From Okamejei kenojei (taxonomy: Eukaryota): a stretch of 64,000 nt of DNA. Under the pieces are notes generated by a model. It was not told the origin of the DNA. It did no database searches and saw only the letters and a list, made by a program, of their open reading frames with translations. Positions within the stretch are counted from its first letter, which is position 1, and the number at the start of each line of letters is the position of its first letter. The stretch lies in NCBI GenBank assembly GCA_035221665.1, contig CM069134.1, positions 31,434,001 to 31,498,000 on the forward strand. Direction: 5' to 3'. Positions 13,707-26,654 of this stretch are shown here, piece after piece. Position numbers and translations under genes: made by a program.

Positions 13707-13980
13707 CTTTGGAATTTTTGCTCCAAGTTCTTGATACTGATTTGGATTCTTCAGAAAATTAACAAATTCCATTATTTCCAACTTTGCTTCCTCACAACCC
13801 GCAACATCCTTGAACTTTACATCAATTTCGTCCTTGAGAACCTTTGCTGTTGTTTCTCCCACACTGAACAGTCCACCCATTCCGCGCCCCGATCGGCCGA
13901 TGCCCGCTGATCCCCGTCTCAGGGCAAACAGCAGAAAGCCAATGATCAGCATAGTCGGAAGCATGTTCAACAGAAACGAG
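13707..13980 (-). CDS. AFG3L2: AFG3L2 exon 8 (TM2 and start of AAA domain)
   Basis: Encodes [23 protein letters not shown]...[34 protein letters not shown]; CAG/GTGAG; 274 nt. Confidence 0.97.
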
Positions 13981-16022
13981 CTGAGCAAAGGTGATGAACA
14001 AACAATTCAAATGTAACATGGGCAAATTCATTATCAAATTTTATGCACAAAATCCAATGTTTTGAAACATGCAAGCAATAAATAAAACGGCAATACAATG
14101 TTTTATAGAAGACACAAATTGCTGGAATAACTTAACGGGTCAGGCAGCATCTCTGGGAAAGCAATGATGGGTGACATTTCTGAGGAAGGGTCCTGACCCA
14201 AACGGCACCCATTATTTTTCTCCAGAGATGCTGCCTGACTCACAGAGTTCCTCCAGCACTTTGTGTCGTTTTTTTTGGTCAACCAGCATCTGCAGTTCCT
14301 TGTGTTAAAGAAGGAACTGAAGATGCTGGAAAATCGAGGGTACACAAAATGCTGGAGAAACTCAGCGGGTGCAGCAGCATCTATGGAGCGAAGGAGATAG
14401 GCAACGTTTTGGGTCGAGACCCTTCTTCAGACTGATGGGGGACTGCAGTTCCTTGTTTCTTCTTCTAATGTTTTATGGACATTTCTAATTAACAAAAAAT
14501 GCCCATTGTTGAATTGCTGAAACTTAATGGCACAAGATTCACAATCTAAAAGGTTGGAGTTCTAATTTCAATGGAAATTTATGCACACCAATCTGTTGTG
14601 CAACTGTTATCTTTGGATCCAATTTTTTTTTTTTTTTGATCTATGCATTTTGGAATTAAGTAACTGTCTACAATTCTTGCAGGTCAGGAGAACCTGTGAA
14701 AAAGAAATAGTTAACATTTCAGTTTTAATGTACGGTCTCTAACTGCTACTCATACACAGATTCTGCCCCACCTGGTGGGCAGTTCTAAAATGTACTAATT
14801 TTATTTCAGATTATGCAGAACAATGGCTCTGAAAGACTTGCCGCACAGATCTAATTGAATATCAGGTTCAAGACCAAGGAGCGATATGATGGGACAACTC
14901 TGGGAGGATGCAACAGTGTGACAGTTTGTTATTAGATTTGTTATCCAGAAACTGAGTCCAAATCCCACCACAGCTCTTGGAGAGACTGTACTCAATTTAC
15001 AAAGTGCTGGAGTAACTCGGTGAGTTTGGCAACATCCTTGGAGAACATGAATAGGTGATATTTTGGGTCGAGACCCTTCTTCTCACTGATTGCAGAGGAG
15101 GGTGGGCAGAAGAAAACTGGAAAAGGGGAGAGGCAGGTTAAAATGTAAAAGTTCAGGCCCCAGGTTGAGATCACAATCTGAAATGTTCCCTGAACATTAC
15201 ACTATTAGCGTAGGAAGGAACTGCAGATGTTTACACCAAAGATAGACACAAAAGGCTGGAGTAACTCAGCGGGTCAGGCGGCATACCATGATGCCAAACA
15301 TCACAGCTTCGATGGGGTGAGAGTTAAGCATGGAGACTGCTTGCATGGCTGGCAAAAGCAGCTGGAGGTTCCTCCTTGGCAATAAACCACTTGTCCTGGA
15401 CACCTGGACAACAGAGAGACGGCTACAAGGGGAACCTGCATATCTCACAGTGGTGTCACAGGCCGACAGCGTGGTCAGAAAAGGCTTTCGGCACATTGGC
15501 CTTCGTCAGTACTGAGTATAGATGATAGACACCAAATGCAGGAATAACTCAACGGGACAGGCAGCATCTCTGGAGAGAAGGAACGGCTGTCCTTTCAATG
15601 AGAATGTAATGTGTGAAAACGACAGAACAAAGCAGGCAATGATGAAGGAAATGTAGAATGGCTCATTACTGGCTGAGGGGAAGTCGACAACAAGGCATAG
15701 AAACAGTAACATTAATCAGGAGGACAGTGAAACTAGTCGGAGAACTGGGTTGAGAGAGGGACGGAGAGAAAGGGAAAGCAAGAGTTACTTGATGTTAGAG
15801 AAGTCAATATTAATGCCACTGGGTTGTACGCTGTTAGCTTACATAAAGATCCTGGTGTACATATATGGTTCCACAGGATGGCAGCTACAAAAAGAAAAGT
15901 GATGGCCCTTCTAACTACTCAATGTCTTTATTCTTGCGTGTGCAGGACTACATTGACTTTGCTTTTGTTACGCAGAACACATTTCCAAAGAGAAATTAGT
16001 AGCAAAGAAACCAAAAGCTTAC

Positions 16023-16147
16023 CCATCACTCTCGGTGGAATATACGACAGGTATCCTACTTTCACCTTCGATGCCCTGTTCCTGCTGTGCTGACTCCAGA
16101 TTCCGTTCAAAAGTATCCACACTGCCAATATTAAACCATACGTACTG
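16023..16147 (-). CDS. AFG3L2: AFG3L2 exon 7
   Basis: Encodes [42 protein letters not shown]; CAG/GTAAG; 125 nt. Confidence 0.96.
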
Positions 16148-17618
16148 CTGTAGAAACAAGCACACGAGCAACACACTCATTACACTCTCTTACAATGAAG
16201 GTGTATATTGCACCTTCAATTGATTTAATTAATTAAAGGTAATAAAAAGCAACTGCAGTTGCAGGTTTATATCAAAGATAGACACAACATGCTGGGGTAA
16301 CTCATCTGTTCAGGCAGCATCTCTGGAGAACATTGACAGGTGACGTTACGGGTCGGGACCCTTCTTAATAGAAGAGGTGAAAATTGTGGGCGTAAGTGCA
16401 AGCTTGGCTAGCTTACAACCCAATGGCATAAACAGTGGATTCTCAATTTTAGGTAACTACTATTCGGTAAACTATCGCCTGCCCCTTCCCTGTGCCCCAC
16501 GTGGACACACACCCATTTCTCCCCTTCCACGTATATTCCTTCCTCTGGCCTCACAATTCATACCTGTTCTATCCTTATCTCACACTTCTTGTCTTTTCAT
16601 ATCAAGCCTTTGTCAAATCATCTGCTGTCAAACATCCCCCTGGCCTGTATCCACCATCGCTTGCCAGCCTTCATCTTCTGTTACAGCTTTCCTGCCCCCA
16701 CTACAATCAGTCTGAAGAAGGGTCCCGACCCAAAACGTCACCTATCCATGTTCTCCAGAGATGCTGCCTGGCCCGCTGAGTTACTCCAGCATTTTCTGTC
16801 TCTTTTTCTCAAGAATGGAAGTGATTAGGATGAACAATTTTTCATGGCCTGTATATACAGGCCATAATTGGCCTGTACATTAGTTAAATTCCATCGGGAA
16901 GCTTTGTTGCAGTAATATGGTGAAAAAGATCAAGCATGACTCGTATGGCATCAAATTGAAGACACTGGATGTAAATGAATTTTAGGCAACATATCAATTT
17001 GAGAGGAAATGCTCAAAGTCCTTTGCAATCAACTATCAAAGGATTTTGCAAGGTCAAAGAAGTCCACATGTACTGATGGCATTGCTTCCATTCCCTTTGA
17101 AGTTGCCATGTGGTGAAGCCCATGCGTATTGTGGCTCACGATGAAAGCCACACTCAGTGGCTGGTGGCAGTCGAGGAAGGCCCTTGGGATGACAGAAGGG
17201 GTCTCTTAGCCTGTCCTTCCCAGATAAGGGAGATGAAGCCATTGATTACATTTGTCTCCATCATCTAAGTTTTGAAGTTGGGAGGTCATGTTGCAGTTGT
17301 ATAAGACATTGGTGAGATCGCATTTAGAGTATTGTGTTCAGTACTGGGCACCATGTTACATGAATGATGTTGTTAAACTGGAGAGGGAACAGAGAAGATT
17401 TATGAGGATGCTGCCAGGACTGAATCATTTATAGAATCCATCCTTTGCTGTTTTTATCTCCCGAGGCTCAGTAACACGTTTAGTTTGATAAGCATCTCAA
17501 AATATTTCATTACTGTAAAATGGTGGCATATAGACGTGTAAAACGCAAGTACTGTTAAATAGTGCACATTTCAATTCACAACAATCTTCAAAGTAGAATA
17601 TCGCATAAATGAACTTAC

Positions 17619-17693
17619 CCCATCCATGGTTAATTTATCTGGAGAAAAAACTACTCTAACATAGCGTTTGTTTACGACTTCCAGCCTGTCCAC
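17619..17693 (-). CDS. AFG3L2: AFG3L2 exon 6
   Basis: Encodes VDRLEVVNKRYVRVVFSPDKLTMDG; TAG/GTAAGT; 75 nt. Confidence 0.95.
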
Positions 17694-18289
17694 CTAGCAA
17701 GGAGAAAAGTTTTAGTTCATAACAAACTCTTTGACTCAACTCATCTTCATTTCACCAGGCCAACTGTGGTACAAGGCAACCATCTTCCATATAGTTATTA
17801 AATGTTCAAATGCAAGTACAAATGTTTATAATAAAGATAAAATAAATAACCTACACCAAACCCAAACCAATTAGGAGCAGACGAGGGCATTCGATCCAAT
17901 TTGTGATTCCAGCTACCAAGACAGATGTGTACAGCAATTCGTACTTTCCCGGCACAATTAAAGCATTGAATAATCTCCACCCTACTATCGTTACCCAACC
18001 AGATACAACTACATTTAAGGTCGCTCTTTCTTCCCAAAACCCCTTTCTGGCTTAAGTTCTCCCTCCACCACCTCCAGCTTAAATTCCATTTGGAATATTT
18101 TGGAGGACCAAGAAACCAAGAACCAAGAACATACATAAAATAATGTCGATACTTTGCAGTCAAGAATGGGGCTTTATTAATGGAAATAGCTGTTAACATG
18201 AAATACTTCCACAAAAATGATTCCCATACAAGTTTGAGAATGTTATAAAACTTTTATAGTTTGTCTCATCAGCATTTGCATAGAGTTTA

Positions 18290-18632
18290 GTTTAGTTTAT
18301 TGAATCTGGAGGTGTGCGTTTTCACACTTCTGTACCTCTTGCCCGATGGGAGAGGGGGGGAGAGGGAGTGACCAGGGTGAGACTGGTCCTTGATTATGCT
18401 GGTGGCCTTGCCAAGGCAGCGTGAAGTGTAAATGGAGTCAATGGAAGGGAGGTTGGTTTGTGTGATGGTCTGGGCTTCGTCCACAATTCTCTGCAATTTC
18501 TTGTGGTCTTGGATGGAGTCGTTTCCAAACCATGCTGTGATGCATCCCAATAAAATACTTTCTACAGCGCATCTGTAGACGTTGTGGAGAGTTGTTGGGG
18601 ACATGCCAAACTTTCTAAGCCTTCTAAGGAAT
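18290..18632 (-). mobile_element. Rex1/Babar-type LINE 3' fragment
   Basis: YRCAVESILLGCITAWFG...IIKDQSHPGHSL..PLPSGKRYRS. Confidence 0.8.
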
Positions 18633-18887
18633 TACATTTAAATTTCTGCAGGTTTCCAGAAAAACTGAATTGACCTAACCATTATTAAAGTTAATCAAAC
18701 CATTAGCCCATTTCATGGCACTTGAGAATCCAAATTTCCCATACACCAAATAGTAAAGATAACGTTTCAGTTTAGTTTAGAAATAGAGCATGGAAACCGG
18801 CCCTTCAGCCACCAAGTCCGCACAGACGATTGATCACCTGTTCAAACTAGTTGAATGTTATCCCACCTTCCTATCCACTCCCTGCAT

Positions 18888-19938
18888 CTGCTACAAACCC
18901 ACCTCTTCCCATGGCTATCTGGACTACATCTCTTCCCAACCTGCTTCCTGTAACCCAATTCCTCCGTCTACGCCAAATCTGCAGCCAGGATGAGGTGTTC
19001 CAAACCAGGGCATCGGAGATGTCCTCATTTTTTAGGGAACGGGAGTTCCCCTCTTCGACTATAGATGCGGCTCTCACCAGGGTCTCCTCTATATCCCGTA
19101 GCTCCGCTCTCACTCCCCATCACCCCACTCGTAACAAAGACAGAGTCCCCCTTGTCCTCACCTTCCACCCTACCAGCCGTCACATACAACAGATAATCTT
19201 CTGACATTTTCGCCACCTCCAACGGGACCCCACCAATGGCCACATCTTCCCATCTCCTCCCCTTTCAGCTTTCCGCAGAGACCGCTCCCTCCGTAACTCG
19301 TTGGTCAATTTGTCCCTTCCCACCCAAACCACCTGTCCCCTGGTACTTTCCCTTGCAACCGCAGGAAATGCTACACTTGTCGCTTTAACCCCCCTCGACA
19401 CCATCCAAGTACCCAAGCAGTCTTTCCAGGTGAGGCAGAGGTTCACCTGCACCTCCTCCAACCTCATCTATTGCATCCGCTGCTCTAGGTGTCAACTGCT
19501 CAACATCGGTGAGACCAAGCGCAGGCTTGGCGATCGCTTCGCCCAACACCTCCGCACAGTTCGCATTAAACAACCTGATTTCCCGGTGGCCCAGCACTTC
19601 AACTCCCCCTCCCATTCCGAATCCGACCTTTCTATCCTGGGCCTCCTCCATGGCCAGAGTGAGTCCCACCGCAAATTGGAGGAGCAGCACCTCATATTTC
19701 GCTTGGGTAGTTTACACCCCAGCGTCATGAACATTGACTTCTCCAATTTCATGTAGTCCCTGCTTTTTCACTCCTTCCCCTTCCCAGCTCTCCCACAGCC
19801 TACTGTCTCCACCTCTACATTTCTCCTTCCCGCCCCCCCCCATCAGTCTGAAGAAGGGTCTCGACCCGAAACGTCGCCTTATTCCTTCGCTCCATAGATG
19901 CTGCCTCACCCGCTGAGTTTCTCCAGCATTTTTGACTT
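18888..19938 (+). mobile_element. Penelope-like element 3' part (GIY-YIG) with terminal repeat
   Basis: QFLRLRQICS and IYCIRCSRCQLLNIGETKRRLGDRFAQH; flanked by CCTGCAT duplication (18881-18887 / 19939-19945) inside a SINE; hammerhead-like core at 19848-19875. Confidence 0.9.
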
Positions 19939-20659
19939 CCTGCATACTATTTTACAGTCGACATTTATCTATAAACCCGCACGATTTTGGAACGTGGAAG
20001 GAAACCAGAGCACCCGGAGGAAACCTACATCGTCAAATGGAGAATGTCAGAACTCTACACAGGCAATACCCGAGGTAAGGATAAAACCCGGGTGTCTGAC
20101 ACTGTGTTGCAGCAGCTCTACCAGCTGCGCCACCGTGCCACACTAAAGAAGCCAATAAAAGTGATTTTCCATTCCCCAAATGGCCTTAACTTGAGGTGAT
20201 TGCCTGTAGTCACCCTAGACGGCCATTTGAACAGACGTATGAAGCAGCAGCTATTCCCTGGCAATGAAATTAGTAACTTCAACCTTAAGTAAATCTATTA
20301 AAGTTTCTGAAATGTTACAGCCAACAAAATGTGTCAATGCTGTGTTTGTTTATAGAATCCTTGAAATACTTGACAATGTTTTTAAAGTATTACAGTGAAA
20401 AACTATATTTGTTACACATTTTACACTTACGTAAAGAATCGGGAATGTGATTCCCAAAACTACAGTGATGTCGTGAGATTAGAAGAACCTGTCTATGTAA
20501 TTATGCAGCTGCCTATTATAAAGCAAACTCTCAAAATAAAGAAAATTGAATACATGTTGACACTGCATTCGACAGAAGTACAGTATATATTAATTTTACA
20601 TAAAGAAAAGTGCAACAGGTTTTACAACAGCGAGACATATACAGTGATTCAACACTTAC

Positions 20660-20812
20660 TATTCCTTTCGATAGGTAGTTATTGACAAAGTCTTTCCACG
20701 TAACCTCACGACCAACATTCCTGAAGAAAAGATAATAAGTAACTGTTGCCCAAAATGCTGCTCCTCCAAGGAAGTAAAGCCGAAATTCTTTATCATCCCA
20801 TGGAATATCACC
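20660..20812 (-). CDS. AFG3L2: AFG3L2 exon 5 (TM1)
   Basis: Encodes [51 protein letters not shown]; TAG/GTAAGT; 153 nt. Confidence 0.96.
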
Positions 20813-22020
20813 CTAGAAAGTAAAAGGCTATTAAATATGAAATGATGTAAATAGTCCATTCGTTATTACAAATTAAGATGCAGTAGTTCTATGAAATAAA
20901 TATATGCCCTGCTGTAAATATAGAAAAATAAACCAATATTATGGCACAATACTAACAATGTAAATTTTGATTCTGAACACTAGACATACACGCGTTCCCT
21001 GACTTGAGTGAGGGTTATGTTGTATGAATCTTCTGTGACGCCAGATTTTGTGCAAGGGTTCACAGAGCGGCAGTTAAGCAGCATCAGGCTGCGTCCAGGA
21101 CACTTTCAGTGCCACGCGGCCTTCTGGGTAAGCACTGCCACCATTGCCGGCTTTTTTCTGATGTAAACGACTGATCGTACAGTGTTGAGGAAATGACAAA
21201 GTGCCTTGATTGCACTAGGGACCGAGTGCAGAATAAATTATGTCAGTGAGGGATTGCGCAAGTTGCCTATTGCGTGAATTGGGGAATGCCTGTATTCACA
21301 ACCGAATTCAGTCTTGAAATCAAATTCTACTTGATGCCCTGCACTTTTGACTCTTATCTGCCAGCACATAATTCATATCCTTCCATTCCCTGCATATCCA
21401 TGTGCCTATCCAAAAGTCTTTTACATGCCGCAAATGAACATAGAACATAAAATTCTATTGACAATTCTAATGAAAGCAAATGAAAACAAAGTTAAATTTT
21501 CAGTTAGTCATCAGGGGCAAGAACCCAATTGATTTTCTGTACCTCTGCTCTGGGAATAACAGATGAGCAATAAACGCTTGTCTTACCATCAGCACACACA
21601 TTCTAGTACAGAACTTTTAAAAGCCACTGTTGCAAATCAATAACCTTTAATCATAATAAATGTCCCTCATATTAAGTAAATACAGAAAACACTGGCAGGT
21701 CAGACAGCTTCTGAGGATAGAGAAACAAACCATTTCTGGTTGAAAACACTCCACCAGAAATATGAAAGTTGTGGAAAGGATGGGGAGAAATGGATAGGAC
21801 AACAGGAAGCTCTGTGTCAGTGAAGCCAAGGCTGCGATGGAATTACGGTGTTTAAATCATCTCATTAATTCCAATGTTAACCTGTTTGCTTCTCCATTGA
21901 TGCTGCCTGACTTGCTAAATGTTTCCAAAACGATATTTTACTTTTAATTTTAAAAAGTGTCAGGAACTCTGGAAACTGAAACTTGCAGGGCTGGTTGGAA
22001 GCAAAGTCCTCCGCAGTTAC

Positions 22021-22133
22021 CTTCTGCAACCTGGCCCACCAGGTAGAATCATCCTTTCGCCCTCCTTTCTTTCCACCGCTTCCACCACCTGAACCATTTG
22101 TCCCTGGACTCTGAGAATTTGTAGATTTTGTCT
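22021..22133 (-). CDS. AFG3L2: AFG3L2 exon 4 (Gly-rich)
   Basis: Encodes (E)TKSTNSQSPGTNGSGGGSGGKKGGRKDDSTWWARLQK; CAG/GTAAC; 113 nt, phase 1 to 0. Confidence 0.94.
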
Positions 22134-22199
22134 CTGTGAAAAAGACATCGATATCAAAGAGGAGCAAGTCAGTCTCTATCTTTAATTTGTTATGTTGCC

Positions 22200-22800
22200 A
22201 TACAGTGGGACTCGAGCGTAGACTCGGCCACCATTTTACCGAACACTTGTGCTCAATCTGCCAAGGCCTGATGCATTTCCTGGTTGCTAATCATTTTAAC
22301 TCCTCTTCCCATTCCCACCCTTACTTTTCTGTCCTGGGCCTCCTCCAATGCCAGAGTGAGGCCACGTGTACCCTGAAGGAACAGCATCTCATATTCCCCT
22401 TGGGTAGCTTACAACCCAATGGTATGAACATAGGATTCTCCAATTTTAGGTAACTACAAAACCTCCCCCTTCTTCCCCCACCCCCCACCCACCCATCTCA
22501 CCTGTGTGTAAATCATCTATTTCCCCCTCCCTTTCCTTCCTCCAGCTTCACAATTCGCAACTCCAATCCTTTTGTCTCACACCTATCTTTTCATCTCTGA
22601 CCTTTGTCCACCATCTACCTATAAACCCCACCCTCCCCTTACCTGTATCCACCTGCCAGGCTTTGTCCAGTCCCTCCTCTCCTCCATATTTCTTTCCCCC
22701 CCCTTTACAATCAGTCTGAAGGGTCCCGACCCAAAACAACACCTATCAATGTTCTCTGGTGAAGCTGCCTGACTCGCTGACATACTCCAACACTGTGTCT
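22200..22800 (+). mobile_element. Degenerate Penelope 3' fragment
   Basis: RRLGHHFTEH...VANHFNS..H...EQHLIF.LGSLQPNGMN, followed by the same terminal repeat family. Confidence 0.8.
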
Positions 22801-23020
22801 ATTATTGTATGGAATTTCTACACGGATGAATGGAATACACTTTATCTGGTCAGAAAACGTTTCCAAAAGGTGTAATTATCATACATAAGGCATGCTATGA
22901 CCATTTACCCACAAGAATCCATGTGTCCTGTTAATTTAGGCTCACTCGGAATTCAAAATTCATACAAATGATTATAATCATATAAATTGGGATATCTTTG
23001 CAATTAACTACTTGCAATAC

Positions 23021-23092
23021 CTTTTGCCTCATTGGATGATCCTTTGGATTCACTTGCTCTTTTGGATTTGTTTGGAAAATATTTTTCAAATC
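23021..23092 (-). CDS. AFG3L2: AFG3L2 exon 3
   Basis: Encodes (G)FEKYFPNKSKRASESKGSSNEAK; CAG/GTATT; 72 nt, phase 1 to 1. Confidence 0.93.
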
Positions 23093-23739
23093 CTGCAGAA
23101 ATATGAAGTTAATTCAAATGCTATACATTGTACGCATTATTAAACATTCTTAAATAATGGACTTTCAAATCCATAATTCACCATTGCATAGAACTAAATA
23201 GAGCGCATTATTTATCAAAATGTGAATTCAAAAATTAGAAGTTACAATAATTATATTTTGAGTTAAATCCATTTTGCTCGAAACAATTGCCCCGTTTCTA
23301 TTTCCCCCAGAGTGGTATCCGCCTTTGCAACAATTCCTATGGTAAGGTAAACAGGTAAGTGCACATATTCTGGTACAATGATGAAGACTTGTTCATGGTG
23401 ATGAATCCCATGCTGCTAATCCCACACTTACTTCACAAAACCAAGTTAAAACCAAATGCTTAAGAAAGAACTGCAGGTGCAGGTTTAAATCGAAGAGAGA
23501 CACAAAATGCTGGAGTAACTCAGCGGGACAGGCAGCATCTCTGGAGAGAAGCAATGGGTGACGTTCAGGGTTGGGACCCTTCTTCAGACGATTAAAACCA
23601 AATGCAGCAGGGAGCTGGCGAGTATGAGCATTGAATCAGGCCCTTCAGCCCAACAAGCGCATGCTTACCATCAAAGAATTGAAAAAAGATCTGACTGTCT
23701 ACCCTATCTCTGCCGCTCATAAAAATATGCTTATTATAC

Positions 23740-24735
23740 ACATCCCCTCAACTTCCGACATTCCAGAGAATACAATCCAAGCTTGTCCAATCGCTTCTTA
23801 TAGCCAATAGTCTCTAATCCAGGCATTGGTAAACCTCTCCTGCACCTTCTTCAAAGCACCCACATCCTTCCTGTAATGGGGCAACCAGAACTTCACACAA
23901 CAAATGCGACCTAACCAATGTCCTATAAACCTGCAACATGACTGTCTGACTCTTATTCTTGATGCCCCAATCAGTGAAGGCATACATAATATACGCCTTC
24001 TTCATCACTCCATCTACAGGGGATTATGGGCTTGGACACCAAGATCCCACTGTACATCAATGCTGATAAAGGTCTTACCATTAAGTGAATGCTTTCCTTG
24101 GATTAAATTCCATCTGCCATGTTGAAATCTCCCATAACAACTTTTAACTCTCGATTCAACTTGCACCTTATATCCAGGCTACTGTTTGGGGGCCTGTAGA
24201 TAACTCCCAATAGGGTCTTTTTACCCTTACAATTCCTCACTTCTATCCATACTGACTCTACATTTCCTGATTCTATGTCACCCCCCCCAACAGAGCTACC
24301 CACGCCCTCTGCCCACCTGTCTGTCTTTTCGATAGGACGAATACCCTTGAATATTCAATTCCCAGCCCTGGTCCTCTTGCAGCCATGTCTCTGTAATTCC
24401 CACAACATCATACTTGCCAATTTGTAACCGAGCCTCAAGCTCATCCACTTTTATTTCTTAAACTTCGTACATTCATATATAATACTTTTAATCCATTATT
24501 ACTCCCCTCACCCTTCACATCGATTCCTATTTTACTTGGCCATACTCTCCAATCCCTTCCTGAGCTTTCTGCCCTGTTAATTCTGGTGTCTTTCTTAACT
24601 TTTCTTATATTCTCTTTCCCTTTAACTCCATCCTTATATCTCCAGTTTGTCTCCTCCCTTCCACTGTTTAGTTTAAACCCACCCGTGTAGCAGTGGCAAA
24701 CCTGTCTGCCAGAATGCTGGTCCATCTCCAGCAAC
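23740..24735 (-). mobile_element. CR1 fragments (endonuclease start and RT 3' part)
   Basis: LKVLYMNVRSLRNK, ESVWIEV..GVIYRPPN and VMGDFN; adjacent degenerate RT C-terminus. Confidence 0.8.
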
Positions 24736-25341
24736 CCCAAATACCCCACCCCCCTATATATATATGTAACAATAAATAAACTGCTGTAAGATCTCAGTGA
24801 ATCAAGTAACATCTGTGCAGGTAAAGGGGATGGTCAATATTTCAGGCTATATAAAAGATTTTGAATGACCCAAAACATCAGCCACCCCATGGACTCCACA
24901 GATGTTACTTGACCTAACGAGTTCCTCCATCAGTTTATCTTTTGCTCTACATTCCAGCATCTGTAGTCTTCCTTATCTTCAAATAAAAACCGAATGAGGT
25001 TCACATTACTGTTAAAAACTAGCAGAAATCCAGGTTCAATCCTGACTACGGGTGCCGTCTGTAGGAAGTTTGCACATTCTCCCTGTGAGGGTGTGGATTT
25101 TCTCCGGGTGCTCCGTTTCCTCCCGCACTTCAAAGACATACAGGTTTGTAGGTAAATTGTCCCTAGTGTGTAGGATAGTGCCAGTGCACGGGGGCGATTG
25201 CTGGTCGGCGCAGACTCGGTGGGCCGAAGGGCCTGTTTCCATGCTAAAACCATAAGTCTAAATGAATGTTTCGGATGTTTGAAAAAACAGACTCAGTATT
25301 TAGTGATTAGGATACACAATTAGAATTATAAAGCACCTCAC

Positions 25342-25441
25342 CTTTTGGGGGTCTTGAGCAGAGGCGTCGGTAGGCACCTAGCACATTTGTCAGCAGACTT
25401 TTCCCTTCCAAATCCACACTGTTAAACGCACAACCAGAAGA
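25342..25441 (-). CDS. AFG3L2: AFG3L2 exon 2
   Basis: Encodes SSGCAFNSVDLEGKSLLTNVLGAYRRLCSRPPK(G), matching the recalled human [23 protein letters not shown]/GTGAG; 100 nt. Confidence 0.93.
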
Positions 25442-25979
25442 CTGTAAAATAATTGCATAAATCCTTCAACAATACATTGTATTTTTGTATCGTTCTTGTT
25501 GCGATGTTATACTATCTTGTTCATATTTGCTTGCTTTTTAACAATAAAACCAATTTAGTGCCATTGTGCTGCAACTAATACATTTGAAGCTATGTTAAAA
25601 AGTAATACTTTTCATAAATCATTTAGATTGTAGGACTTAGCCCAAAGGGAATTGTACCATCTAAAATTAACCTCAGCACAGGTAGTTCTGCTATAACACG
25701 GTAGACCAAGGCAAATTCCTTGTATGTGAATACTTGGCCAATAAACTTACTTACTTACCTGCCTAAAAAACCTTATGTTATAGAAAATCGCATTATAAAG
25801 ACAATTGGGTAAATGGGGGAAAGGGGGTTAGGAGAAAATCTGACTTGCAATAAAGGTCTTTTCTATAGAAATAAGTTTATTTTTGTTACTGCAAGCTAGA
25901 AATCTAAAGGCTGTATGTTACTTTGTTACAGTAGCACGCAAGGCAGCACAGTGGCGCAGATGGCAGAGCTGCTGCCTCA

Positions 25980-26654
25980 TGGGCCTGTCCCACTTAGGCG
26001 ATTTTTCAGTCGCCTGAAAAACCAGCAACTGGAACGGCGACTGTCAGAGTGGAACACACACACACATTGCTTCCTACCAGCCCGGTATGCAGGCGTGGGA
26101 CAGGGCAGGGGGGGGGGGGGGGGGGGGGGGGGGGCAGCATTGTCCCAGTGAAATTCACATAGTGTAAAGCCAAGCTGATACAGACACGCACTGCGATGAA
26201 CAGGAAGGTTGCCGCTGTAATTTTAACGGCTAAAGCAGAGTGTACGGTATTGGGGGAGAAATAGCGGAGACAACTTTTAAGAAGCCAGAGATACACGGCT
26301 GTGAAGCTTGGCGGACATTTAACATTACCGGTCGGTTATCCTTGGTTCTGAAAACTACTGCTTACATTTGTTTTCCCAATGAGCCAATGAAATTCACCGG
26401 TCAGCATCGGCTACAACCTACAAGAACCTACAACCTCCTGGCGACCCACCTACGGCACGTGAATTCTTGCTATTCTCCATGGCGTAAAATTTGCGGTGAC
26501 TATAATGAGGCCGCGACTAGTTCCCAGAATGTGAGAACTCCTCACGACCATGAAGGCGACTCCCCGGCAACCACCCGCGAACATGTAGCGACCATATGGT
26601 GACCACATAGTCTCCTGCAGTCGCTTAAAAAGTCGCCTAAGTGGGACAGGCCCA
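25980..26654. mobile_element. PIF/Harbinger-type MITE inserted in a SINE
   Basis: TIRs TGGGCCTGTCCCACTTAGGCGA / TCGCCTAAGTGGGACAGGCCCA; 3-bp flanks TCA/TTA; no transposase. Confidence 0.85.

Noticed and set aside
20431-20488. 58-nt pseudo-exon on the minus strand with a GTAAGT donor in intron 5
   Set aside because: The acceptor lacks a polypyrimidine tract and there is no other support.
26107-26134. Long G/C homopolymers (also about 1174, 6560 and 10511)
   Set aside because: Simple expansions inside repeats; lengths are unreliable.
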